Source: a virus
Length of the DNA stretch: 64,000 nucleotides
Reading direction: 5' to 3' (one strand)
Virus record (IMG/VR): IMGVR_UViG_3300045988_152007
Coordinates: 60,475 to 124,474 of that record
Made by a program: the position numbers and the translations under genes. Shown piece by piece: positions 9,470 to 18,372 of this stretch. The notes below the pieces were generated by a model. The model searched no databases. It worked only from the letters and a program-made list of their open reading frames with translations, and was not told where the DNA came from. Position 1 is the stretch's first letter. Each line of letters opens with the position of its first letter.

Positions 9470-9991
9470 ATGGCAGTTGAAAAGCCGAATAAAGAAAAAT
9501 TTACCTTCTGGGCTAATATGAGAGAAACTATTGAATAGAATGAAGATGTAGAATTAAAATATAAATTATATAGTGCATTAACTAACTATGGATTGTATGG
9601 TATTGAGCCTGATGAGAATGATAAAGATTATGGAGTTATTATGATGCTGTTATAGTCTATGAAACTTACTATTGATAAGTCTAAAGAGGTTAGTAAATAG
9701 AAAGCAGAAGCAGGAGCAGCTGGTGGAGCATAGTAGAGAATTTATAAAGAAGATGTAGAAAAAGCGATAGTAAAAGCTGTTAAAGATAAAAATGGAGTTC
9801 CTACTAAATAGGAAGCAGTTGATGCTTATTTTAAAATTTTTGGTTAGAAGATTAGTACCAGAGCATTAGACAGAGTAGATTATAAAGCTCCGTAGATATT
9901 TGAATTAGCATAGAAGGTATTAAATGGGACCTATAGGACAAATGCGACAAATGAGACAAAAGCAGACATTTGTCTTGAATGGGACAAATGA
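9470..9991 (+). CDS. hypothetical protein, TAG-recoded (about 9 in-frame TAG), C-terminus overlapping iteron array
   Basis: ATG after GGAGG. First in-frame TAG at 9536-9538. Sensible translation continues to TGA at about 9989. Confidence 0.35.
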
Positions 9992-10220
9992 GTTTTGTCC
10001 TATTTTTAAATGAAAGTATTAAAATGTCGATAGGACAAATGCGACATAACTAAATAAAAATCTAAAAAAATTAGCAAAATGACTTAGTTTAGGACAAATG
10101 CGACAAATGCGACAAAAGCTGAAGAAAGAAAATGTCCTGTCCGATTTGTCCTATTCAGGACATCGAACATAACATATTTGTCCTATTGTGTCCCATTCGG
10201 TCCACAATAGGACAAAACAG
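9934..10220. repeat. iteron-like cluster of direct and inverted TAGGACAAA(TGCGACA) repeats
   Basis: Direct copies at about 9934, 9981, 10031 and 10090 (taggacaaatgcgacaaatgcgacaaaagc). Inverted copies tttgtcctat at about 9994, 10144 and 10176, plus aataggacaaaac at 10206. Confidence 0.6.
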
Positions 10221-10261
10221 GGTATTTTCTTGAATGGCGGTGTTGGCCTTGTGGTTGCAAA

Positions 10262-10330
10262 GAAATGAATTGAAAAATGAAATCAAAAATTGAAAGGAAA
10301 AATTGAATTGAAAAATTATGAATTTAATAT
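10262..10330. repeat. AT-rich tract with reiterated GAAAAATTGAA motifs adjacent to iterons
   Basis: gaaaaatgaaatcaaaaattgaaaggaaaaattgaattgaaaaattatgaa. Confidence 0.4.
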
Positions 10331-10940
10331 GAAATTATAGAATCGTGAGAATTTGTTAAATATTTATAGAACATTAGAACCATTATCATCATTTAGTAAA
10401 TATAATGATTGGTTAGATAGAGAATATATAGCTATGATAGTTCCAGATAATTATAAAGAAATATGTGTAGATGATTAGAAAAAATTAACTAAACCTTATT
10501 GGACATATAAATAGAAATATTATAATTGGTTTGGAACCAAAGATGAATTTGATGCTATGGTTGCAAGATAGTAGGAAGAAAGACGAAAATTACTTGAACG
10601 ATAGTCTAAAAAAAATGTATCATAGGTATGTGATGGTGGAGTATATGGTATATATAGGAATGGATAGTTAATTTATATAGGTAGTACTGTTGATTTTAAT
10701 AAAAGATGGAATGAACATAAAAGAAATATTAAAAATCATAATAATAGTTTATATGTATATAAACTATTAAATGAGTAGAGAGATAATATTGAATTTAAAC
10801 CAATTATAAAAGGAGAGGATTTATTATGTGATAGAAATATAACATCTGCTGATTTAAAAACTATAGAGTTTGCGTTAATTTTATTATATAAACCTTGTGG
10901 GAACATAGCAGGTAGATTATAGCCATTTAGATATAAATAA
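10329..10940 (+). CDS. GIY-YIG homing endonuclease, TAG-recoded
   Basis: Motif VYGIYRNG(TAG)LIYIGSTVDFNKRWNEHKRNI. About 9 in-frame TAG. TAA stop at 10938-10940, followed by hairpin gtaggctaattgtatattagcctac. Confidence 0.6.
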
Positions 10941-11304
10941 AGTAGGCTAATTGTATATTAGCCTACAAGAGATATAATTATAAAGAAGGTATTATAAAAA
11001 TTTAATATAAATTTAATTTAAAATTAATATTAGTTAATATAGAATCATTTATGAATTATAATAATTTGAGAAAAGATTGTTATAAAATTGATATAAATTG
11101 TATTAAATTAGGGAGTGGGTGTGCCCCTACTGCACCAGTGGTACCCCTATTCTCCATATATCGACCGACATCAATTATTCATCACCCTAATGCAATTATA
11201 TCTTTTTTTAATATTATATCATATTTTTTTATAAAAATCAAATTTGACTTTCCAAAATTTTCCAGCCAAAATAAAAAAATAAGAAAAGGGCATAAGCCCT
11301 TCTC

Positions 11305-11700
11305 TTACCACCCCATCATATTAAGGAACTTATCAATGACTTCATCAGCAGAGCCATTGACCTTGTATACCTTAGCCTTTACTTTCTCAGCAGGCTTCTC
11401 AACCGTCTTACCAAGGTCTTCAATAGCACGACCAATCTTATCAGCCATATCAAAAACCTTCATCAGGTCTTCCGGCTTGACCTCAATGTCATAACCATAA
11501 TAATCCTTAGCAAACTTCACCAGGCCAGTGCAGATAGCCTGTGCATCCGCGGCCATTGTCTGATCTCTCTTGGACTTTTCAGCCTGAGCCTTCAACTCTT
11601 CTGTTCTCTTGGCCTGTGCCTTATTCAGTTCCTCAGTGATGCTCTTGGCAATATCCTCTGCGGATTCACCCTTCATCAGACGATCATAAAAATCATACAT
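11305..11700 (-). CDS. hypothetical protein (K/E-rich, coiled-coil-like)
   Basis: 131-aa ORF with a terminator hairpin at its 3' end. Confidence 0.5.
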   Translation of the reverse strand: MYDFYDRLMKGESAEDIAKSITEELNKAQAKRTEELKAQAEKSKRDQTMAADAQAICTGLVKFAKDYYGYDIEVKPEDLMKVFDMADKIGRAIEDLGKTVEKPAEKVKAKVYKVNGSADEVIDKFLNMMGW

Positions 11701-11860
11701 ATGTATATTACCTCTTTATAAAGATTTCCAGAACTCTTTATTCTGTATATATATTATAAAATATTTTTTTAAAAATTGCAAGTTTCGGGAAAAACATGCG
11801 GCATATGAGAGGCTGCTAGATTGAACAAAAAATTGCCATATGAGGGTTTAAACGGGAATT

Positions 11861-11887
11861 CCGACCAAGTCTTGCCAGACCGGTCGG
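11861..11887. terminator. GC hairpin ccgacc...ggtcgg, possible bidirectional terminator
   Basis: ccgaccaagtcttgccagaccggtcgg, followed on + by a T-rich tract. Confidence 0.35.
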
Positions 11888-11943
11888 CTCCAATTTATTT
11901 ATTTAATTAATTGAAGTATTTTTAATACTTCATCATACCCATA

Positions 11944-12519
11944 CTAATTTATCAATCGAGTTGTTTCCTTTGTTATTTCTTTCCTATTCATTAACATCCA
12001 AGCAGTATTCTCTTTATTAGTTCCCCATCTTAAATTTGATAACCTATTATTCCCTCTTTTTCCATCAATATGGTCTACTGTCAAATTTTGGAAATCAGGG
12101 CTAGGGTGCCAAGATTGTAATACAATTCTATTCATTCCATATCTATGATAATCTAATTCTACATACTAATATCCATCTATTATAGTTCCCTATAAAATTT
12201 TTTTATCATATTTTTTTCTAACCCTTCCTAAATCTGATACTTCGTACAAGTTAGAACAATAAGTAGTTATCCATTTTTCATTTTTTAATTCTTCTTCAGA
12301 TAAATGAGAATAATTATCAAGTTCTCGTTTTTTAGAAAAAAATTTTTTATCTAATATCTATGGTTCTACTTCTTGAATAGTATAATCAGCCGTTTCACCT
12401 TTACCAATTTTTGTAATTAAATACCCTTTAGCTAAATTTTTAGAGCAGAGCAAGGGAAAATTGGTTTCTACCATTCCAACTGTTGTATTAATATATTTTG
12501 CTAATTCATATTTGTTCAT
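11944..12519 (-). CDS. HNH homing endonuclease, TAG-recoded (3 in-frame TAG)
   Basis: ATG at 12519-12517 after AAAAGGAGG. N-terminal NLYEVSDLGRVR motif. C-terminal HNH VDHIDGKRGNNRLSNLRWGTNKEN. The in-frame TAG at + 12166-12168 was verified codon by codon. Confidence 0.6.
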
Positions 12520-12628
12520 AATTTTTACCTCCTTTTACATAATACTATAAAATTCGGGAAAAATCAATTTTCGTAAAATGTCCGAATTTTTTTTCGGAAA
12601 ATTTACAATTATCAAATTAAATCAAAAT

Positions 12629-12656
12629 TCCGGTCGCGTCAACTGTACGCGACCGG
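12629..12656 (-). terminator. rho-independent terminator (9-bp GC stem)
   Basis: ccggtcgcgtcaactgtacgcgaccgg, with a U-tract on the minus strand. Confidence 0.55.
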
Positions 12657-12720
12657 TTGAAATTACCATCTGTTCCAATATTTTCCTTGGAAAAATTTTC
12701 CAATTATGATTCCAAAAAGG

Positions 12721-12750
12721 ATGGAAGATGTTTCCATCTTCCATCTATTT
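12721..12750 (-). terminator. hairpin terminator at gene end
   Basis: gatggaagatg...catcttccatc, followed by ctttttgg on the minus strand. Confidence 0.4.
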
Positions 12751-13107
12751 CCTTGGGCGCATCAGGGTCAGCCGGTATTTAATTCCATTGTAAGTAAATT
12801 CCATTTCTCGTTCTGGATTTGCAATGGTAATATTACCCAAATCCAAATCGGGGTAGGCATCTTCCAAGGAACTTTCCAAATACTGGATTAGTTCCCTTTT
12901 ATCTCCATCAGGTTTTCGCTCCCGCCTTACATTTTCCACTTTCTTCCGGTCGGCACGTCTTGCCTTTTTTGCTCCTGCTTCAAGCTCCGGCGGCAACTCA
13001 AACAGCTTTTCGCCCCTATCAATTCGCTTGTCCATTTCCAAAACCTGTTTGGCTTCTTCAATGGAAATTTTAAGCGAATTTGCCAACTTTTCAGCGGTCA
13101 TTGACAT
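12745..13107 (-). CDS. small basic protein, paralog of 15024..15422
   Basis: 120 aa. Shared pattern IEEA..VL..DK.IDR..K...L.PE and C-terminal Y.LTL..R. Confidence 0.5.
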   Translation of the reverse strand: MSMTAEKLANSLKISIEEAKQVLEMDKRIDRGEKLFELPPELEAGAKKARRADRKKVENVRRERKPDGDKRELIQYLESSLEDAYPDLDLGNITIANPEREMEFTYNGIKYRLTLMRPRK

Positions 13108-13199
13108 TTTACCGTCCTATTAGAATTTTATTTACTAGGAACTAGCTAGAACTAGCTGGGAGAAGTAAGGGGAGCTTTCTCCCCTTACTTCTTTTTCGC

Positions 13200-13577
13200 T
13201 CATGCCTTGGTGTAGTAGACACGCCGCTTTTCAGTGGTCTTAATCACCCTGCCATCTTCCACAAGAGTTCTGAGCAGATTCGCCATTCTCTGCGTGGACA
13301 TATCGTTCTCATGGTTGGCATTGAAATCTGCCACAACCGGAAGCTCCTTGAGCAGTTCGGCAATGGAGTAAGTCCGGTTGGCTTCCATCTCCTGATAAAT
13401 CCGCTCCACCATCGTGGCGTTCTCGACCTGCTGTGCAGTCTCCTTCTTTTCGCCGGACTTCTTGGAAACAGAAGCAAGCAGGGCTTCCAGCTTCTCACGA
13501 ACATCAGACGCGAGGACGATGTTCTCATTGTTCAGAACGGTGTTCAGAGCCTGAGCATAGGTAATCTTCTTTTCCAT
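13200..13577 (-). CDS. winged-helix-like protein, paralog of 15469..15855
   Basis: Start moved to ATG 13577 (AGAAAGGAATTGATAATTATG). C-terminus SIAELLKELP...VIKTTEKRRVYYTKA is near-identical to the paralog. Confidence 0.5.
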   Translation of the reverse strand: MEKKITYAQALNTVLNNENIVLASDVREKLEALLASVSKKSGEKKETAQQVENATMVERIYQEMEANRTYSIAELLKELPVVADFNANHENDMSTQRMANLLRTLVEDGRVIKTTEKRRVYYTKA

Positions 13578-13648
13578 AATTATCAATTCCTTTCTAGCGG
13601 TAGGTCGCAACCCTTATTTGTTTTGTGTTCCTCTCTTGGAACAATTAT

Positions 13649-13677
13649 ATTGTATCACAAACCTTTTGATTTGTCAA
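13649..13677 (-). promoter_or_regulatory. sigma-A-type promoter TTGACA-17-TGnTACAAT
   Basis: Minus-strand read: TTGACAaatcaaaaggtttgtgaTACAAT. Confidence 0.5.
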
Positions 13678-13802
13678 TACCTTAATTGAATTTTCCACGA
13701 TTTTTTTTCGGCTGACATTTTATCGCGGAACGCTGGAAGTAATTGTCAGAATGGCAATTTCAATACCGTAGCTATGATAATTTTGGGAGAGTTGGGAGCT
13801 TT

Positions 13803-14660
13803 TTACAGCTCCCAATCACTGTCAAATCTTCCCAACTTCTTGTAGGGGAAATATTCAATGCCCATTTCAAACTTGTGCTTGGTCTTTGCTCCAATAAGGG
13901 CGAACAGCATAGACTCAATAATTGCGTCCTCTAATGCAGTATGACTTTCTTCAAAATCTTCCTGCTGGAAACAATAGGCAAATGCCTTTTCTGCGTTAGT
14001 CGGATAATATTTGCCGCTTGCGGTTCTCCACTCATTATCATAGCACATCTGTTTATATTCAGGATTATTCAACAGGTGTTCACAAGACAGACCCCACAAG
14101 TCAAACAGCGGATACGTCTTGCCATGGAAGCGGAAAACATCCGGTTCAAACTCTTTCTGCGAATGGGGCTTGCTTCCGTGGGCGATTGCTTCACATCTAT
14201 CATTCTGATATGCTTCCCACTCAAAGAAATCAGGGGCATAGAGCTTGGAAACATACAGGTCAGTGAATGGAATAGCTTTCTTAAAGTCAAACATACTGTT
14301 ATATGCTCCAACAGCTACAACAGCGTCCAAATCTTCAATCAGTTCATTGACTGCGGTATTCCAATCCGTCAGCTTGATTTCTCCGGCTTTCAGACGCTCC
14401 AAATAAATCGGACGCTTACTTGCATAATATGCAGTATTGAAAACTGCGGGAACACTGAAAATTTCAGAAATAAGGTAGGACGCACGCTTGTAAACATTGC
14501 CCCGAATATCCACAATCTGCCATCCCAAATCATAAATCAGCGGCTTGGCGATTGCGACATCTTTTTTCTGGTTTGCATTAAACTTTGCGGCATAAGGAAG
14601 TGTCGCAGTTTCACAATCCAGAATCAGGTAATACTTTCGACGCTTATCAAGTTTAGTCAT
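13803..14660 (-). CDS. DEDDh (DnaQ-like) 3'-5' exonuclease
   Basis: 285 aa. Exo I YLILDCETATL, Exo II YNSMFDF, Exo III HTALEDA. Confidence 0.65.
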   Translation of the reverse strand: MTKLDKRRKYYLILDCETATLPYAAKFNANQKKDVAIAKPLIYDLGWQIVDIRGNVYKRASYLISEIFSVPAVFNTAYYASKRPIYLERLKAGEIKLTDWNTAVNELIEDLDAVVAVGAYNSMFDFKKAIPFTDLYVSKLYAPDFFEWEAYQNDRCEAIAHGSKPHSQKEFEPDVFRFHGKTYPLFDLWGLSCEHLLNNPEYKQMCYDNEWRTASGKYYPTNAEKAFAYCFQQEDFEESHTALEDAIIESMLFALIGAKTKHKFEMGIEYFPYKKLGRFDSDWEL

Positions 14661-14900
14661 AGGGTTTCCATCCTTTTAATAATGTCAATCAGGGTTTGCC
14701 ATCGCTCCCTCATTGCTCTTATATATTATCACACCTTGCCCAAAATGTCAAGAAGAATATTTATTCATTTTCAATGAATATTTATGCACGCTTTAACACT
14801 TTAATGTAGTAAAGTGCGGCACTTTAAGGATTTAATACTTTAATCAAATGAAGCAGAGTTTTGGTAAAAAAATTGGTAAAACTGGTAAATATTGGAAATT

Positions 14901-14927
14901 CTGCCCGGCTAGGTCGTGGCCGGGCAG
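14901..14927 (-). terminator. rho-independent terminator
   Basis: ctgcccggctaggtcgtggccgggcag, with a T-rich tract on the minus strand. Confidence 0.55.
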
Positions 14928-15023
14928 CCCAAATGTCAATAGATAAAAATGCACAAAAAATCCTTAAAAATTCATTAAATTATACAAAAATGCTGGAAAA
15001 ATTTTCATTTTCCAGCATTTTCT

Positions 15024-15422
15024 TTAAGTTTTTGATGCTCTCTTTTGTATCAGGGTCAATTCGTAGCGGTTGCCGCCACTTGTAAACATGATTGTACGCT
15101 CTTTATTTGTGATTTCTTCATCAATCACTTCAAAATCTGCCGTTTCTGTCAAATATTTTGACAAACCGGCAATAATCGCACCTTTAATTTCATTAGGCTT
15201 ACGCGGGCGATAGACATTGCTTTTCTTAACTGTATGCTCTTTGACATTAGCAAGTTTCATTGCTTGCTTATGTTCTTCTGGACTTAAATCAAAATCAACC
15301 TTCTGATTGCGGTCAATAGCTTTGTCGGCGTCCAGAATGTCAACTGCTTCATCAATCGAACATTCCAGCTTGTCAACAAGATTATCGACTTTTGCCCATT
15401 CCTTTTCAGTCAACTCTCTCAT
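15024..15422 (-). CDS. small basic protein, paralog of 12745..13107
   Basis: 132 aa. IDEAVDILDADKAIDRNQK...GGNRYELTLIQKR. Confidence 0.5.
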   Translation of the reverse strand: MRELTEKEWAKVDNLVDKLECSIDEAVDILDADKAIDRNQKVDFDLSPEEHKQAMKLANVKEHTVKKSNVYRPRKPNEIKGAIIAGLSKYLTETADFEVIDEEITNKERTIMFTSGGNRYELTLIQKRASKT

Positions 15423-15468
15423 AGGCTCTCCTTAAATAGTGGGGCGGATTTCTCCGCCCCTTGGTTTA

Positions 15469-15855
15469 TCACGCCTTAGTGTAGAACACTCTGCGTTTCT
15501 CGGTGGTCTTAATGACCTTGCCACCATCGACCAGCGGCTTCAACAGGCTTGCGAGCTTCTGAACCGACAGTTCAGTTTCGTGGTTGGTGTTCCAGTCATT
15601 GACCATCGGAAGCTCCTTCATCAGCTCTGCAACGCTGTACTTACGCTCGAATGCCATCTGCTCATAGATTGCATCAGAGTAGGCGGCGTTTTCTTCCTGC
15701 TCCTTGGCCTGCTTCTTGTTTTCCTTCTTGTTGTCCAGCAGTTCAATCTGGTGATTGATGAAATCAATCAGGTCAGTGTCTGCATCATGCTGGGCGAGGA
15801 AGTCAGAAACAGTAGTGAACATTTCCTTGCGGGTGGGGGCTTTAATCTTTTCCAT
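15469..15855 (-). CDS. winged-helix-like protein, paralog of 13200..13577
   Basis: 128 aa. ...SVAELMKELP...VIKTTEKRRVFYTKA. RBS GAAAGGATTGATACC-ATG. Confidence 0.5.
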   Translation of the reverse strand: MEKIKAPTRKEMFTTVSDFLAQHDADTDLIDFINHQIELLDNKKENKKQAKEQEENAAYSDAIYEQMAFERKYSVAELMKELPMVNDWNTNHETELSVQKLASLLKPLVDGGKVIKTTEKRRVFYTKA

Positions 15856-15904
15856 GGTATCAATCCTTTCTGGTTTTTAAGTGTTTCCTTCACTTGTTGA
15901 CTCA

Positions 15905-15933
15905 ATTATAACACATCAGGTACTATTTGTCAA
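15905..15933 (-). promoter_or_regulatory. sigma-A-type promoter TTGACA-17-TATAAT
   Basis: TTGACAaatagtacctgatgtgtTATAAT. Confidence 0.5.
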
Positions 15934-16035
15934 GAGGGAATTTTATTTATTTTTGAAATTTTTTCGGATTTCAAACCGTGATGCTAACTTAATAGCAATA
16001 GGTTTTTCTCTAACCGTTCCCTCTTGACATTATAG

Positions 16036-16064
16036 AGTATATCACATTTCAGGATTTTTGTCTA
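16036..16064 (-). promoter_or_regulatory. promoter TAGACA-17-TGnTATACT; part of a 130-bp cassette repeated at about 20770-20900
   Basis: TAGACAaaaatcctgaaatgtgaTATACT. The same element recurs upstream of the 19663..20727 gene. Confidence 0.45.
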
Positions 16065-16123
16065 TTGGCAAGATGCACAAAATTTGCATGAAAAAATTGT
16101 GCAAAATGCTAAAAAATTAAAAT

Positions 16124-16152
16124 GCCGCCCGGTGTGCAGGACATCGGGCGGC
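16124..16152 (-). terminator. rho-independent terminator
   Basis: gccgcccggtgtgcaggacatcgggcggc. Confidence 0.55.
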
Positions 16153-16173
16153 TCAAATGAACCGCCCAATTTT

Positions 16174-16584
16174 TTAGGAATTTTCATCCAAACCGCAGGC
16201 AATTTCCAGAAGATTACAGATATTCAAAATATCATAAATTTCTGGCTGTTCAAAATCATCATCATCTTCCCGCCACTCCCAGCAAATGCAACCGCAGTAT
16301 TCACCATTGGCATTCAATGGATAGTAATACCAGCCATTGTCAATTCTTGATGCTTCTCTCAAATTTTTCGGAAACCAACAATTCTTTGGTTCAGTATTAT
16401 AGCTTGCAACAGGTGTGCCGTCTGCACCATAAATTGCAACCGGCATTTCATTTCTTTTGAACCAAGCAATAATAACCTTAATAAGAAATTCCATTTTACC
16501 CCTCCACCAGATTTTCCTTGATAAATTCATCATCTTCATAGAAGAACTCGCCCCATGAAAATTTACAAATCCAAAGGGCTTCAT
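16174..16584 (-). CDS. hypothetical protein (Cys/Trp-rich)
   Basis: 136-aa ORF. The true start may be the internal MEFLIK. Confidence 0.4.
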   Translation of the reverse strand: MKPFGFVNFHGASSSMKMMNLSRKIWWRGKMEFLIKVIIAWFKRNEMPVAIYGADGTPVASYNTEPKNCWFPKNLREASRIDNGWYYYPLNANGEYCGCICWEWREDDDDFEQPEIYDILNICNLLEIACGLDENS

Positions 16585-16641
16585 AATGGTCCCACTGGAC
16601 CGCTTGGGCGATGTAACCGCCCTTTCTGAACTTCTTCCCTT

Positions 16642-16917
16642 TCATTCGTTAAAATCCTTCTTTCCATCAAGAATTGCCTCAATCTCCGAAGTGGTCAGGC
16701 AGTCAATCTTTTCTTCAATCTCATGGAGAATATCTCCATCATCTCCGCAGATTTCATCGGTGATGTTCAGCCATTCATCATAGATGTGGAGCAGAACAAA
16801 ATCGCCCGACTCGATTATTGCACCACAACAACCGCAGATAATTTCATCTCTGTCCTGATTCCAGATACCCGCCTGAACAGTTCCCTCGTTATCCATGAAA
16901 ATAACCTGATAATTCAT
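16642..16917 (-). CDS. hypothetical Cys-rich protein
   Basis: 91 aa with CGCCG and CGDDG motifs. RBS AAAGGAAATGATACA-ATG. Confidence 0.45.
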   Translation of the reverse strand: MNYQVIFMDNEGTVQAGIWNQDRDEIICGCCGAIIESGDFVLLHIYDEWLNITDEICGDDGDILHEIEEKIDCLTTSEIEAILDGKKDFNE

Positions 16918-16947
16918 TGTATCATTTCCTTTCCTTTTGATAAATCA

Positions 16948-16977
16948 ATTATATCACAGGTCAAGGGGCTTTGTCAA
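16948..16977 (-). promoter_or_regulatory. sigma-A-type promoter TTGACA-18-TATAAT
   Basis: TTGACAaagccccttgacctgtgaTATAAT. Confidence 0.45.
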
Positions 16978-17384
16978 GCCCCTTGATTAAATTTCTTGCC
17001 AATTTCCTGAATATCTTCAAGTACTTCTTCATAAGACCGCCACTCGCCATAGTGGTATTCAGGGTCATAATACCACAGACCATAGTGGTCAATCAATCCC
17101 ATGACAATTTTAATGGGAACTTCATAGCCCATTTCATCAAAATAATCATTGATGAATTGTGCCCAAGCGTAAGAATGAATTTCAACAGCTCCAATTTCAT
17201 CACATTCAGGATAATCAAAACTATTGATTTCTTTACCAAGGACATTGAACATTTTTATTGGTTCGCAATTTTCAGTTTTACACAGATCTTCGTATCTGCA
17301 TTTCCATTCATGATGAATACATTCCGCTTCATCGTCGAACACCTGCCCGCAAAAGTCGCATTCATAGGTCGTAATTTCAGTCAT
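16974..17384 (-). CDS. zinc-finger protein
   Basis: Start at ATG 17384 after GGAATTGATAATC. N-terminal CDFCG...CIHHEWKC. Confidence 0.45.
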   Translation of the reverse strand: MTEITTYECDFCGQVFDDEAECIHHEWKCRYEDLCKTENCEPIKMFNVLGKEINSFDYPECDEIGAVEIHSYAWAQFINDYFDEMGYEVPIKIVMGLIDHYGLWYYDPEYHYGEWRSYEEVLEDIQEIGKKFNQGA

Positions 17385-17415
17385 GATTATCAATTCCTTT
17401 CCTTTTGGTACTATT

Positions 17416-17444
17416 ATTATATCAAATTTTTTTTAATTTGTCAA
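17416..17444 (-). promoter_or_regulatory. sigma-A-type promoter TTGACA-17-TATAAT
   Basis: TTGACAaattaaaaaaaatttgaTATAAT. Confidence 0.5.
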
Positions 17445-17493
17445 GCCGGTTGGGAATTTTTTTTTATAATTTTTTTCCCAGCCGGCTTGTTTT

Positions 17494-17724
17494 TTATTTC
17501 ATGATTGCATGAAATTCTTCTGTATGCCCGCACTTATCACAAGTGTAATAATAGTTTTTTGAACCACGCCAATTTGTAGCACTAGAAAACTGATACTGAC
17601 CATCACATTCGCAGTATCCATTGTTCCAGCGATTATGGTCTCCCTCTGCTTCTTTATACATAAGAGTCGCAACGCCAAAAGCGATAGCAAGTGCAACTAA
17701 AATAGCAACAATTTGCCGCCCCAA
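17494..17724 (-). CDS. small membrane protein with C-terminal zinc ribbon
   Basis: 76 aa. TM IVAILVALAIAFGV. CECDG...CDKCGH. Confidence 0.4.
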   Translation of the reverse strand: MGRQIVAILVALAIAFGVATLMYKEAEGDHNRWNNGYCECDGQYQFSSATNWRGSKNYYYTCDKCGHTEEFHAIMK

Positions 17725-17819
17725 GTTTCAGGGGCAAGAAAAGCAATCATTAGAGGAAATACGGCCATGACAGCCCATGCAATATAAAAACTAGGATTTG
17801 TAAGCATTTGTATCACTCC

Positions 17820-18131
17820 TTAAATATAAATAACTCTATTGCCACCAGCAGGCGGATTTGTATTATCTACTGTAATGTCAGTTTCCCCGTCCTGACCATC
17901 TTCATCTTCATACTCGACATGGAATGTCAAATCTCCAACATTATCCAGATAATCCTGAATAGCCTTAATAATTGCGGCCATGTACTTTGCTTCTTTCTCT
18001 TGGTCTAACTGGTTAATTCTTGTCTGTGCTAATGCAATCAGGGTCTGTAATTCTTCGGGCTTCATGTTGTTTATATAATTGTGCAAGTCCTGCAAATTCA
18101 TTGCTTCAACAATAGCGGATTCAAAATTCAT
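17820..18131 (-). CDS. hypothetical protein with acidic C-terminus
   Basis: 103 aa. RBS GAAAGGAATTGATATC-ATG. Confidence 0.45.
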   Translation of the reverse strand: MNFESAIVEAMNLQDLHNYINNMKPEELQTLIALAQTRINQLDQEKEAKYMAAIIKAIQDYLDNVGDLTFHVEYEDEDGQDGETDITVDNTNPPAGGNRVIYI

Positions 18132-18160
18132 GATATCAATTCCTTTCTTTTGATAAATCT

Positions 18161-18189
18161 ATTGTATCACATTAGGGGTTGTTTGTCAA
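18161..18189 (-). promoter_or_regulatory. sigma-A-type promoter TTGACA-17-TACAAT
   Basis: TTGACAaacaacccctaatgtgaTACAAT. Confidence 0.5.
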
Positions 18190-18372
18190 TCCCTTATTCT
18201 TCTAATTTTCTAATAATTGCATTGATAAGACTTAAAACGCCTTCAATAATAGCACAGATTGCAAGTGCTACGCCAACTTTAACCCCACAGAGATAGAGAA
18301 TACCTAAAATAATAATAACTAAATCCATTGTATTAACTCCTTTCTTTCATGGTAGGCTGTTAAGCCTACCAT

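Noticed and set aside
9934-10220. CRISPR array
   Set aside because: The repeats are about 9-16 bp, irregularly spaced, and present in both orientations. There are no uniform spacers and no cas genes.
11861-11887. tRNA in the GC-rich hairpins of intergenic regions such as 11861-11887, 14901-14927 and 19077-19103
   Set aside because: These are simple perfect hairpins followed by U-tracts, which makes them terminators. There are no D/T arms or anticodon loop.
13941-14777. Long plus-strand ORFs inside the early region, for example 13941..14777 (278 aa), 26314..27000 (228 aa), 16971..17504, 11051..11494 and 24931..25362
   Set aside because: They lie antisense to well-supported minus-strand genes that have promoters, RBSs and domain hits. 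Their products are low-complexity and hydrophobic. They arise from the local GC and codon pattern and are shadow ORFs.
16020-16034. TTGACA at 16024-16029 as a plus-strand promoter
   Set aside because: There is no plus-strand gene downstream. The overlapping minus-strand TAGACA-17-TATACT element fits the gene arrangement.
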